64,000 nt of DNA from Phoronis australis. Taxonomy: Eukaryota > Animalia > Phoronida. Both the position numbers and the translations under genes were made by a program. The number at the start of each line of letters is the position of its first letter. Position 1 is the stretch's first letter. Positions 11,470 to 24,032 of this stretch are shown in pieces. The DNA lies in NCBI GenBank assembly GCA_002633005.1, contig NMRA01000146.1:617981-681980 (forward strand). The letters run 5' to 3'. A model generated the notes under the pieces. The model saw only the letters and a program-made list of their open reading frames with translations. It was not told the origin of the DNA and made no database searches.

Positions 11470-13016
11470 AAAATAATGACAAATGTTTAATTGAAGAAAC
11501 AGCAGTAAAGAACGCAGCACCAGATCCAACTACCCTTATTGCAGAAGATACAGACGAGTTGGTTATTTTGCGTTACCATGCTACTTAACAACAAATTCCA
11601 ATGTTCATGAAAGAGGCACCAAAGCAAGAGGAGAGTCTGGGACATCAAGAAACTACAGTTGTTCCTTGGTGCCGAAACTTGCTCAGTTTTACCATTTGCC
11701 ATGCCATAGGTGGTTGCAACACAACGTTACAACTGTTCGGTATTAGCAAAGGCTCACCCATTCAAGAAACTGCGTGATCGAGAATTCTGCAAAAACTCTA
11801 GTAAAAGTATTCACTAGACACATGCACCCGAAGCAAGACATATTGGAAGCTGGTAATAGTTGTATCTGTGCTTCATGGCGGTACTGCCTCTGGAAATTTG
11901 GATGACTTGCGATACAGGCGATTTGTGGATGAGGTGTCATACTAGCCACAGACCAAATACAGTCATTATCACCAACTTTCTACAGTAGCTATATTCCATA
12001 GCGCCGGGACATGTTATCAAGAGCAAGAGCGGTCAAGTTTCCATGGCAGTGGCCTAGACTCGCTGTACTAGGGATGGATGCTGGCAGGCAGAAAATTCAT
12101 TCCCACGAAGACAGACCAGTCAACGTCACCAGGGAACCTGCTGAAAGTAGTGAGATGCGCTTGCAAGAAGTTAGGGTTGCCATACTCGGTTGCATGATGA
12201 GAATACCGTGATTTTAGCTGCAGCAATTCATTCTCAGATTAGTTGTGTAAATGCTGGTTGATTGTATATAGATTCACTAGCATTTACAACCCACTGGAAG
12301 GGACACAGGCAGTGTGGATAGTAGATCACGGAATTAATCGCAGAGAGTTATTTTCAATACAGCATATTTTTTCAGGAGGAGAATGATCCTTCAGTCCAGG
12401 CAAACCTGATGTTTTTGACCCAAATAAGTTTTTCATGAAACCATCTTGAGAATGGTCGTCGTAATCATCAAGAGCCAGACAAAAATTGTTGTAATGGACG
12501 TGCTGACCCAAAAAACTCAGGATATGACGTGTCTCTGGAATCTGAAGTTCTTACACGAAGCAACTATGTGATGGCCATCTTAGAAAATGGTGGAAGTAAT
12601 GACTAAACACTAAGTCTAAAAGGATTATTCGACCCAGAAAACCTATGATGCGACGTTTGAAGCAACACCACACACTAATTTGTTCGTGCAAAGTGTGCGA
12701 CTCAAGTAGATTTGGCGGCCATCTTGGAGAATGGTGGACGGTGACACCACAGACATGCAAAACGGTTTCTAATTGAACACCGTTTCTAATTGATTTGTTG
12801 ACCAACAAAACAACGTAAACCTTTTTGAATTTTTACTCTATCACATTCCACTCTTGAGTTATAGTGAGCATCAGAAAATCCGCCATCTCTAAAAACCTAA
12901 TTCCGACACTCCGATTCCGGTAGACTTTTTCCCAATAAGGGTTGTGAATGGATACGATTGATGCAATAAAACGTTCTGTTGCAATTTTCCGGGTTATCCG
13001 TAGAATGACTGGACTA
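11470..13016 (+). mobile_element. Academ DNA transposon remnant, 3' half (XPG-like and Cys-rich domains plus terminus)
   Basis: Broken frames read TTLIAEDTDELVIL, RVWDIKKLQ, HAIGGCNTT, NLDDLRYRRF and GWMLAG, typical of the Academ XPG-like region. Ends TAGAATGACTGGACTA (Academ TAG...CTA terminus). Confidence 0.75.
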
Positions 13017-14010
13017 TTAAATACCCAGGCGTGGGCGTTGTTGGAAGTTGCGATTGCGTGCGCTGAAGTCGATATTTTCAAAGTACAATTACGCCTATGC
13101 TTAAGGTTGCAAAGTGAGATTTTGATATGCGTCTATCGAAAAAGCTTAACTCTCTGTGATAAAGTCATCTGTTTTCTTTTATAATCAACTTAACTCTTGA
13201 AATTTGTGCGGTAATACGACCGGCCGGTTTTTTTTTTCTTTGTTCTATTGAGCACGTCACGCGCCACCAAAAGTCGCGAGATTAATAGGCAGCTATTTGA
13301 TGTAAAATATCGCAATGTAGTTGTCCATGGTTATCTTCTTGAATCTTTATTTCATTTTGCACAGAACTGTTCTTTTCTGGTCTTGTCAAACACGCAATGC
13401 CAACTATTGCAGCATCTTTGAAGACATTCGCTTTCGCAAAGTAGCGTTGTTAGGGACGAAGGGATCTCGTAACTGAATAGAATGTTCACATAGTGGCGAA
13501 TGGTGTATCGTCGAACTTGGTGCCTTAGATTAAGCATTGTTATCAATATACTCATTGCATATAGTATGGTAAGAATACCATTGGCAGTTTTTATTGAATA
13601 AAGTTGTCACTATACAAATATGAATGACAAGTGAATGCTACAGGCTATGTAAAATGAAGACCATGAGATATAATATGCCTCAAAAATATACCCTACTTTT
13701 ACGATATATAAATTGTAATACTGGAAGTAGCAGTTGACAAGCATTAACGTGGAGGTTCTAGAAATATTTGTTTCATTGTATAGTTTAAGCCACTTCGTAA
13801 ATTCACATTGATTCCACGTAGTTTATTTTCATTATTTGGCTGATTTTAAAGGATATTAACACAGGCTTCAGTGAGTCTCTTCCATACCTTTTGAAGGGTG
13901 TGTTTATAAAGCGGTGTCCATTGCGTTTGATTTTTTGTTGATTTTATGAATGCTTTAACATTGGTCTCTTCTGATGAAGACCAGGAGCCCATCCTTACCT
14001 TGTGGAACTT

Positions 14011-14112
14011 CGAACCTGGCGGAAAAGAGACCTGCAGGCTTGGCTAGCCAGGCAAGGTTTAAAGTAAAGTGGGAAGAATGATGTGTTAATAGCACGAATT
14101 TTGAGGGCACTT
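14011..14112 (+). pseudogene. SAP-domain remnant (likely second ORF of an ISL2EU-type element)
   Basis: RTWRKRDLQAWLARQGLK*SGKNDVLIARILRAL fits the SAP consensus and is convergent with the transposase at 14650-15410. Confidence 0.6.
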
Positions 14113-14649
14113 TCTTGCCATGAAGGGGAGTCGGATATCAGTTCATAAATTGAGTTAAGCGAAACTGCAGACCTCCCTGCTCCAGCTTCATTGAATGAAG
14201 GATGATCTCAGTTAGAGAACATGTTTCACCGCATTGCTGTAACAAGAAGTCGATAACTATTTTTTATTTCAAAAGAATCCATCAGGTGCTGTCAGTAGAT
14301 GTTCCCGGTTATTTTTTCTCCGTCAGTGTTTGGGATTAAATGTAATATGCAAATATTGACAAGTTAAAAAAGTGCACACTACACCTTTCAATTAGAATGC
14401 CATCCTGATTTTGAAGTGGGTATTAAACGAATGAATTCCAGAAGTATATGGTAAATGTGTTTAATGACAAAACAAGATGAAGACCAAATAATTCAAACTA
14501 GTTTACTCAAAAGTCTACTTGAGCAGAGGTGGCAGGAAGTTGGTCCAGGCTGTACATATAAAAACATCTGCTCAATCAAATATGCCTCACTGAGTGGAAT
14601 TTTTCCTTGTAATACTCCATATTTCTGTATCTGTTCTATCTTCATCTCA

Positions 14650-15410
14650 ACCACTTGACGGGTTCACGCAATATGCTGTTCGTTGAAAAACTCTTGTGAT
14701 GTCATCTGTCCTTGGCTTCTTATTCTAGGTGGGAGATTCAACCCTATACTAAAGCCCAATAAATCTCCAACTGTGAAACCTTTGTCAGCCATAATCACAT
14801 CTCCTGGCTCTAACAAAGGAAGAGAGTGTCATGTTCGGTGATCTGTTGGTTTAATGCTCGTCTTCCCAAAACGCGTGACACAAAGTTAACCATTCCGCTG
14901 GGAGTTACGCCTATTAGCAACTTAACAATATTACTGTGTTTGTAATCTGACCATGTCTGCCAATGAGCCATTAGGGAAGACGGTTTCTCATTAAAAACTC
15001 CTGTACAATGCACAACTGTTTGGGCATTGGGAAAGTCGACGAATGCCTGCGGCAAACTAAATAGCACCTGTTCACATGCTGTCCAGGGTATAAAAGAGTG
15101 GTCGAAAATGAAATTTAGCCATGTGTTCATGATTTTCGAAACAGCATAATCACTATTAAATAAACATATGTGGTGTCTGTGAAGTAGGGCCAGTCGCAAT
15201 CATAGGCAAACTCATCAATAGGTCGGACATTTCTTTGCTGTCCTGGTTTCTTGGCATTCTGCGGTGTGTACGGTTTTCGGCCGCTCAGTTCTTCTTCTCA
15301 CCATCCCAGTGAGTCGTTTTATCAGCACCATGCTTGACAAGAGTTTTGACTATTAAGAAGAGCATGTTCAAGTTAACAAAACCGGTGTTGAACCGTACAG
15401 CACACATCAC
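14650..15410 (-). pseudogene. ISL2EU/PIF-Harbinger DDE transposase remnant
   Basis: EKPSSLMAHWQTWSDYKHSNIVKLLIGVTPSGMVNFVS followed in another frame by EPGDVIMADKGFTV (DDE_Tnp_4-type motifs). Frameshifted. Confidence 0.85.
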
Positions 15411-15414
15411 GAAT

Positions 15415-15660
15415 TTTTGTCCGCCCGGTCGGAAATTGGTCGACGACTACCCATCGACCGGTCGGCAAATTAGCCAACAGGTCGGCTAAAAATTAGCCGA
15501 CCGGCAGCCGCCCGCAGTGCCGACTCATAAGGCGACTCCCCAGCCGACCCTTCAGCCGACCCTTCAGCCGACCCTTCAGCCGACCGGCGATCAGCCGACC
15601 CTTCAGCCGACCGGCCATCAGCCGACCAGCTGGTCGGCTGCTATTTTCAGGCAGGAGTAG
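15415..15660. repeat. GC-rich CAGCCGACC(CTT) tandem/inverted motif array, probable transposon end
   Basis: Repeated 12-mer CAGCCGACCCTT plus inverted GGTCGG copies, ending TTTTCAGGCAGGAGTAG. Related motifs recur at ~33640-33775. Confidence 0.7.
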
Positions 15661-16669
15661 CAGTTGCGTAATAGGTTGTCAGGCTGATGCCACTTTGCAT
15701 GTCGATGCATATTCGTCTAAGCAAAGGGTCAAATAAATTAACCTAGTTTTACTCTCTCGGCTACATGAGTTTTCGTCGTTGTTTAACACCACTAATTCGA
15801 AGTTTGAAGGCAAGCGGTACTAGTAAACATTGGATTATGGACAATGCAACAAGTTTTGGATGAAAAACGTGAAAGTTTTCTTAAATTTTATCTTTAATTT
15901 GACTCGTGACGTTAACAAGATGTATTAGATTGGTTGCTTCCCGGTCAATACAACGCTGTAGTCATTTTGTAAACGCAGCTATTTTAAGAGTCTTCGCCGC
16001 AATTGATTTTGTTTGTGTAACGCCAAACTGCATCCTTGTGCGTTTTTTAAGTTAGTCACCGGTCTCCTATCACGCGCTCATGATGATGGATTAGTGAGTG
16101 AGTTGTTACACCGCGAAGAGCTCTCACCCGGGGATTTCATTATCATAGTATTGACCCTTGCAGTACAGACGCGAAATTCACGGTCCAGTATGCCCTAAAC
16201 TCACGGACTTCGATGGCTCTAACTTCGAAATCATATCATGTCACAGTCTGCATGGCACCATTTATACTTGAGCATGCCGGCAAGGAAAGTAGCCACAGTG
16301 CACTCTGTGTATCTCCCATTTCGAAACCTCAAGTTAAACCTCCTGTTGTTTTAATGCTTTTCATGAGCATTTGTTCAATTACAAGGTCTTATCTCATTAT
16401 GACAAGCTTGCTCAGAATCTGTCACTTTGTTTGTTGGCCGTAGACGTCTGGACCGGTGTCTTTGAGTTGCTACGTCTGCTTCAGTCAAGTATATGCATGA
16501 AGATTTTGCATAAGAGTTTTGACCAGCAAGTATATCTATGAAGATTTTGCTTAAGAGTTTTGACCAGCAGCGCAAAGTAAGGCAACATTTCAAAAACTAC
16601 TTTTAGGTGAAGCTGAGCCAATCTGACATTATTTCTGCTTTTAAAAAAAGTCGAAGGATGTCAATCATC

Positions 16670-18639
16670 TTCATAAACTGTAGTCAAAGACTAATGATTG
16701 GACTTTGCATGTACAAGTCTGATTTATGTGCTCCGATTTTTTATGGATACCCACAAGACACTCCGACGAGCATACATCGTCGCTCACAGACGTCATGCCA
16801 GCAATAAGATCATCATACCGCTTCAAACCAGCTCTCACATCCTCATGAAGAATATCATTGGGCATTGATTCTTCTGACGAACTATTCTCTGTCACTGTGG
16901 ATTCTGAAGACCTGTACTCTGATTCAGTCGTTTTGGAATATACCAATGGCAGTAGGTCGGAAACCAGAAGTGAACTCTCGTGAGGGCATTCCACTGTAAT
17001 CCAAGGATCAGAATCGGAAGACACTGGCTGAGCATGGCATGCCCCATAGTATACATCTAGTTATGTGATCAGTTGGGATGTCTGAAATGTCTGAAGAATC
17101 TGTCTCCATATTCTGACGAGCCAAAATTTGTGTACAAGCATTGAACTGTTCCACCTCTTGGCATGTAATTTGTGTGTTCTGTATTGGTGACGTTCCGTGG
17201 AATTTCTGAAGAACCTGAATATATTTCTTCATTGGTTTTGGATTGGCGTTACTTGATCTCTCAATATTTGGAAGTGGGGTGTTGAATGTTCTGACTTTTA
17301 TGATATCATTCAGTGCTGAGTCTATCAACATATGCCCCCTCACTACTCTATCCACACTTTTTCCATTTGGCATGAGGATCACACTGCTTGATACATACAC
17401 CGTCTCAAGAACTTGTTGAAGCCCTCTGCTTGCCATTACGTATCCAATACATTCCAGAAAATCCATCTCAGTATGAAATCTTCCAAGCCTGGCTAAGAAC
17501 AAGTGACTGCAGATCACTATCGTTTTGTTTGCAGGCAATACTTTCCTCTAAAATCAGTTACCTATGTTCATAAAAAGCATGCATATTAAACAAATTGTGG
17601 GTCCTAACAATTAAGATTTAATTAATAACTTTTTGTTACACAATCCTATTTGCTTTTCATCAAATTCAGGTGAAATCAGCAGCCAATTCTCAATACATGC
17701 CGGCAGCAGACGAAATCGATGCTTGGGAACAAGTAATAATATCTCCAATAGCAGAGAAAAAGCCACTTCCTGCCCAATTTTATTGAGGGTTTGTATAATG
17801 AATAAGCCAATAACTCCACCAGAATAAATATTTTTCTAACAAATATTACTTTTGATAACTCAAATGAATATATTTTACAGAAAAATAATTGAGTTTGTGA
17901 AACTTATGAAAGTTTAACTGAAGCCTTTTTCTGAAAAACACACCAATGTTATGTTATATAATCCAAAATGTGATTAAAATTCTAGATTTAGTATATCAAT
18001 CTTAAAAACAAATTGTAGACACAATCAACTCATTAACCCTGACTGCAGACTGTAAGATGTTTCTGTGTAAATTCGTATCAGGTTACAAACAAAGTTTGCA
18101 GAACGTAGATGCGGTAAATTGGGGTTTGTGAATTGGCAGCCATTTTGGCGGCCATTTTGTCAGCCATCTTGATTTTTTTCTCGCAAACCAGTGAACAATT
18201 GTAAGGTCCACATATTTTAAAGTGTTTAACTTACAAAAGAAAAAACTTTTTTCCATTTTCAGGGCAAAATATAAAAGAAATCTTGCAACGTGTACCAAAT
18301 TGTCCTTTCGGCCGCCATTTTGTCGGCCATATTGGTTTTATTTTAAGGCAAATTGGCATCTTTTATGGGTATGCCTGTTATGAAAAGTATATAATCAATG
18401 ACAAACTTGATTGCTTGATTTTTAGCTGTTTCATAAGAGTAATATGCCAGAAAACAGTAATCACCGGTTTTGTCGGCCATTTTTTCCGCCATCTTGAAAA
18501 ACCGACTTCCGCTACTCCGATTTCGGTAGAATTTTTTTCTGACACCAAGGGATGTTTGAAGATGCCATTTATGCAAAAAAAACTTCTGTTGCAATTTTTT
18601 CTAGGTTGGGCCCTCTGGAGCCCTAGAATGACTGGACTA
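16670..18639 (-). mobile_element. Academ DNA transposon remnant, 5' terminus plus deleted transposase core
   Basis: ORF 17008-17538 reads RLGRFHTEMDFLECIGYVMASRGLQQVLETVY...GKSVDRVVRGHMLIDSAL, matching the Academ transposase core. Terminus TAGAATGACTGGACTA at 18639, with ~150 bp similar to 12875-13016. Left boundary uncertain. Confidence 0.78.
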
Positions 18640-18699
18640 TAGTTCCAGAGACTGGGTCACTTCACATGTCCTTTTAAAAATTAATTTCGTTTCAGTCAA

Positions 18700-19146
18700 T
18701 AACTTTTTTCTTAATAGAAACATAACGTAAGCCACAAACCAGTTTGTCCCACCGAGCTTGATCCGGAAATTCGCCGAATTCAAAGTATCTAGACAACTGT
18801 TTCAACCCGACGATGAAATCTCCAATTGTTTCCTCCGGTGTTTGTTCCACCTTTTAAAACGATACCGCTAGGTCATCACAATCGTACCTGGTTCGTAGTA
18901 TTTACGCAGCTTTGACACTAGTTCTGCGGATTCCACGTCCTCCGGTTTCTTCGGGAAGCAGATATCTGACAGCACACCGTAGGAACAGCATCAATATTTA
19001 CCAGAGAAGTCGCTTTCTGTCTATCAACCTACACACCATTGGCCTAAACAAAAGTTTAGAAACCAGCATGTTACAGCGAAAAACGTTCGGTTTTGATATC
19101 AAATGTCCCCAAATGTCCGACGAGAAATCCCATCCTTGTCGGCAGT
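18700..19146 (-). mobile_element. Gypsy LTR retrotransposon remnant (PBS plus gag fragment)
   Basis: Minus strand reads CFPKKPEDVESAELVSKLRKYYEPG...EQTPEETIGDFIVGLKQLSRYFEFGEF (Gypsy gag-like). TGCCGACAAGGATGGGAT at ~19127-19144 is 2 mismatches from the tRNA-Ser(GCT) PBS TGGCGACGAGGATGGGAT. Confidence 0.7.
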
Positions 19147-20397
19147 GCTGGATAGTAGGATAGTGAACGATAAGAAAGACGGAAAACCTTATCTGTTGTA
19201 AAGCCATTTTGTACGTATTACCGGCAAACATATGACAAGGGAGGTAATTACAAGTAGCGACAAATCACACAAGGCAGCACTAAAGAAACCAATATTTAAC
19301 AAATATTCCTTGAACGAGCACCCCAATTTGGCCTCACTGAAACAAAAAGTCCGAATAAAGGAGACAAATGTCCGCAGAATTCACGAAGGAGGAAGTCGGC
19401 AGGCCTGAAACAGTGGCTGCGTTTTTTAGTGGCCTCGTTCCACGTTGATTTATTGCAGTATATAAGGTCCAAGTACCGAACAATTCGATTCCCCCTATAT
19501 TTTAGGCAGAGTGGGCGCATGTTGTATGATGCTAATTGCAAGCCGACGACAAAATCAGTCAACAATAAAGTTTGAATTTGCAAAACCACGACCTCTAGGG
19601 TTGTCAAATGTACTCACGATTACAAAGGAAGTTACTGTTGAATGACTTTGAACAGTGTTTCAATGCGGAAATAATTTTTAAACTTAAGAGCAAAACAAAT
19701 GCCCAATACAATAAATGGAAACTGAGATTCGTAGTTGAAGAGAATGGCGCCTAATCTGAGATATTCCAAAGGAAATTATTGGAATTGCGAAGCAGGGATG
19801 GATCGCATAACACTTCAAAGTTATCAGCTGGATAAGTTTGATTGTTATATCACTTCAGGTTCATTGTTCAACAACAACGACGTGACGCGTGATATTGCGA
19901 CGTCATTGTTGCTATATGGCGTATTTATTTTATGATATTTTACACGTGAAGCGCGCCAAATGCTTAGCTGAGACGCGCAACTTCATCTTCACTTAAATAA
20001 ATTATGGAAAGTAGATTTACATGTGTGCTCATCAGTTTCATTCTTACATGGTTTTCGAAGCCAAGTGCTGCCGCGAAAAGTAAGTAGTAAGAAGCTAGTT
20101 GTATGGAGAGTATGTATCGTTAAAATATGTAGGGAACAACAATGTGTTCAGCTCCAATACACCTCGAAATTTCACATCACCGGGGTAATTCTGCTTGTCA
20201 TCTCGTCGTGAAACCTAAAAACACAAGACCGGCGGGGTCCCTGTAAAATCTGTTAGTAAAGCGAAACTCACCTTACCCGTTGTTAAAATCAATCTATGTT
20301 CAGTAAAAGCCATTTTTACATAACCATCCGTCTTTTCATAAATTATGAACAAAAGATTGCAAAATCCGACATACTTGCATCTATTTTACTGCTTGTG

Positions 20398-20534
20398 CGA
20401 CGCAGCACTGAAAACAAGTGGCGGGCTATAGAACATAGCCCCCCTGCAGTGCAACGTCCATACACCATGGGCGTCGCAGCACTGAAAAAAGTGGGGTCTT
20501 TAGCCCCGAAGCCCCCTATGGTTCGCCGTCCATG
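20398..20534. repeat. Tandem pair of small GC-rich MITE-like units
   Basis: CGCAGCACTGAAAA...TAGCCCC...GTCCAT occurs twice. A related pair lies in reverse orientation at 57843-57980. Confidence 0.55.
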
Positions 20535-21049
20535 TACTGTCTAGTAGAACGAAACAAAATAATTTCAGAACCCAAAGTCTTCCAATAGTAGAACTCCTGG
20601 CGTTGTGAGTCATTCTGACAATGATAGAAGTCGTGTTATCGCCAATTTCAAACTTTAGTGCTGACCGATTTTGTCGTCTGGTTGCAGCATATAGTTAATC
20701 CGAAAATACTGGGATTCTACAAACTAAGATGAAATATCAAACAGGTTTGGTTTTTTATTAGATTATGTTAAATGAATTAAATAGAAATGAATTCGGAAAA
20801 CATGATTTAAGTATATTTAGGATTGAGTTTATTAATAGAGTTGAACTTAAAAACAGTTGAGTTTCTTTTTCACAATTTTTGCCCTTTCGTCCACTCGTAC
20901 GTATATGGAGGGAGGAGCAGAAGGAGAAAAATTATGGAAAAAGAAAACCAACCCTCTAATTAACAATTGTAGTTGCTTCTGCATTAGAGTATGCTCCTGT
21001 TATGACTAAAATTGCTTGAAAATAGTCTTTCTAATTGAAGTAGTTTGCC

Positions 21050-22400
21050 TCCATTTGCTGACTGGTAGATGATGTCACAGTAATCTGGATGTGGAAGCAC
21101 AATACATTTCAACAGAGTTTCAACATGGATGGAGTTAAGGTGACGAGAGACCATTGTCAAGTGGTTAATCAGTTTGTGTACTTTTTGCGTCAGTTCTCGA
21201 TAGTGAGTAATAAATGTAATTGTAGCAAGCCAATTTGTCAGTGTTTATGTCTTGAGTGATAGATCCAGCGTTGAATTTGTTTGGAAATTAGTGTTATCAA
21301 ACTTAGAAAAGGTAAGACCAACACTTTATCCAGGTTTAAATTTCATCTTCCATTTGTCAGACCAGTAACGGCGTTTGTTCAAGTCCGTTTGTAATTGTTA
21401 GGTGTCATGGGGGTGCTCTTTTGAGAATTGGTAGAAAATTGCAGTGTCATCAGCATATAAGAATGTTTTAGAATTGGTCGTGTCAGGAATATCGATGATG
21501 TTGATGTACATTAATACAGCTTACGGATGATATAGTAGTAATCGCCGAGAGCAGACAGGTTACAGGGTATGTTGTATACAGTCTAATTGTCACTAAGGAT
21601 AAAACTAATATTATTCCCTTCAGATCCTAGCACGTCTCTCGTAGTTTATCCGTTTCTGTAAGGTCGATTAGACCTAGATACGCTGTACCTACCCGAATAT
21701 AAGTACTAAGGAGTAATTTTGAACGAACATTTTAAGATTTCTGAAACGAAAACTCTGTCCAAATCTGCCGGAGGAGCCTTGGGTGCTTGAATTAATAAAG
21801 TCAAAAAGAATGAATATGTGGGGTACAGAACATTCACTATTATTCAATGCATATGTTATGTCTGTTAGTGATTATTGTGTAGGCGTCTAGGGTGGCTCTA
21901 ATTTACATGAATACCAAGTTATTAAGAATAGAGCCTCTTGTTATTTCTTAGGTGTTCACAACTTTGTTTCTAATCAGGCTGTAATGGATGCCATAGGGTG
22001 GTAATTTTCCAGTGTGAGGCGGAAATTTGAGCTTTTGAGAATGTGGAATCGTGTTCTTAATTTCAAGAAAGATAAGAATATTAAGTAGGAGGAGAAAGCC
22101 TGAGAAAGCAAAACATAATATTGTGAAAGAGGTACATGTAGAACATGGTGAACGATATCAAATGCTGTCGCAATGTTAAAAAATACTGATCTCACGTGGC
22201 TCAAATTCGAGATGGATTTCATTTACAATTTCTGTAAAATTGGACCGGTGCTATATCCAGGTATGAATCCAGACTGGCAAAAATAGATGGCGTTTTGTGA
22301 TGAAAGATTTTAAACGTATTGAGTAATATTTTTTCTAAAACTTTGGATAAGGTGTTGAGAGACTAATGCGGCGATAGTCGGCAATGTCTGTATTGGAGAT
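21050..22400 (-). mobile_element. Decayed LINE reverse transcriptase, interrupted by a second LINE fragment
   Basis: Minus strand reads YRRISL..TLSKVLEKIL (~22310-22380), FFNIATAFDIVHH (~22140-22185), FLYADDTAIF (~21435-21465) and WSDKWKMKF. Confidence 0.7.
21690..22075 (+). mobile_element. LINE fragment (post-RT region)
   Basis: EYKY*GVILNEH...SKSAGGALG...DYCVGV*G...NRASCYFLGVH...GW, the same region type as YKYLGIFF...YGAEIWG in the 35-kb LINE. Confidence 0.65.
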
Positions 22401-22589
22401 CTTTTTGTGTATTGGTATAATAAATTTTCCAGTCGAAAGGATATTGTCGTGATAGTAGTATTTTTATGTAATATTGTCAGAGCAACTGTAAGCTCTATTG
22501 CTAGTATCTTGATCAGCTAGGCGAATTACAATATTTCCACGTAAAGCACTACATGTCGTAGTAATTGTTGTCAACGCACTCTACCACGT

Positions 22590-22800
22590 CGTCTCACTGA
22601 TGCTGCCAAACGTTTGAAAGAGAACAAAAATATTGTTATTCGTCGAGCTGAAAAGTCCAATCAATACGTAATTCTGGGCAACAGTGATTATTATGTCAAA
22701 CTTACTCAGTTAACAAGCAATTCGATTAAGATTGATTCTGAGATTAAACCTGATTTATCTGAAGGTTATCTTTATGGCAACCCTGAGACGCACAGAATTA
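22590..22800 (+). mobile_element. Penelope-like element RT N-terminal fragment
   Basis: AAKRLKENKNIVIRRAEKSNQYVIL...GYLYGNPETH resembles the PLE ADK and lYG.pK.HK motifs. Confidence 0.65.
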
Positions 22801-22899
22801 ACTAGAAAGATTATTGTCACGGCGTGACAATAATGGAGTCTGCGCGTGCTTATTACAGGAATTTTTATGTGAAGTTATTGACAACAACCCGTTTACTTA

Positions 22900-23930
22900 T
22901 GTATTGTACAGTCACACGCACATTAGATGTCTCTCTTGTTGTTGTTGTTGACCCAGCGGTTTACACAGTATAATGATAATACCGTAACAGTGGCTCATAA
23001 AAATTTATTTATGATATGATACGAGTAATAATACGATTTTCAATACGGTGTACGATTTATGATTCACGATACGATACGATACGATAAGATACGGTTAAAC
23101 CTGAAACAATTAATAAAGATAATACAATATCTAATACAAATTGAAGTACCAAATGCATCATACTAAAATACAGAAAAATGCATATCTAATAGTATTATCA
23201 ACTCACAATTTGGCAAACAATAGTTAGCAGAAAGTTGTAGTTACAACAATTTCTATTACAACACTTTCTATGAGTTAATCAAATAATCAAAGAACTGAAA
23301 ATAGTTGTTTCTAAAGTCAAAGTTAATAGTAAAATATCAAGAAACAAAGTTGTCTCTTACCAACGCTGGGTATCTGTGATATTTTTGAAGCAAGCAGCAG
23401 CCTCTCTCCAAGCAATATGAATTCTAGAGTATTTATACTGAAAACAAGAAAGGTGGGCGAAATAATTCAAAAAATGAAAACCCACAAACTTCCTCCAAAA
23501 TGCTACATCTAGTTTCAAAACAATTTTCTGAACAAGGTCGCTAGTTCCAAAGCAATTCTGTGAATCAATCTGCTGGACTCCAGTAATGAACCCAAGTCAT
23601 TACCAATTATGGTGCAGGACTATAAAGAGTTGAGTAATTCCGATGGACAAATAACAGATTATTGTTGTTGTCAAAATGCCTCATCCCAAAGCTGACAGGT
23701 TTTCAAAGACTTTAAGTTACACAACTTGCAAAACAAGGCACAATTGTTATTATAAACATCCCACAACTGGTAACAAACATGTGGGTAATCACTTCCCATG
23801 AACTCCTAGGAGGTTACAGATTTTGGTAAACAACCAATATGTTTGATTAATTATACACTAGTGACTAAAATTGCATAACTTTGCTTTTAATTAGACTAAT
23901 TATCTACAGCATCAGAAAATGTCACTAACA
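22900..23930 (-). repeat. 3' LTR of BEL/Pao element
   Basis: Direct repeat of 31564-32621; contains (TTG)n and (GATAC)n tracts. Confidence 0.93.
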
Positions 23931-24032
23931 TCTCGGCCCTGATGAGGCGAACAGCTCTCATAATTATACAATTCAGGTGACATCATGCTGTCACAATTGT
24001 TGCTTACCTAACAATAACTAAGCTAGTGCAGA

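Noticed and set aside
16493-16570. 40-bp tandem duplication
   Set aside because: Simple two-copy local duplication with no further structure.
23938-23962. CTGATGAG hammerhead-like start next to the BEL 3' LTR
   Set aside because: No GAAA after the stem; the site overlaps the expected polypurine-tract region.
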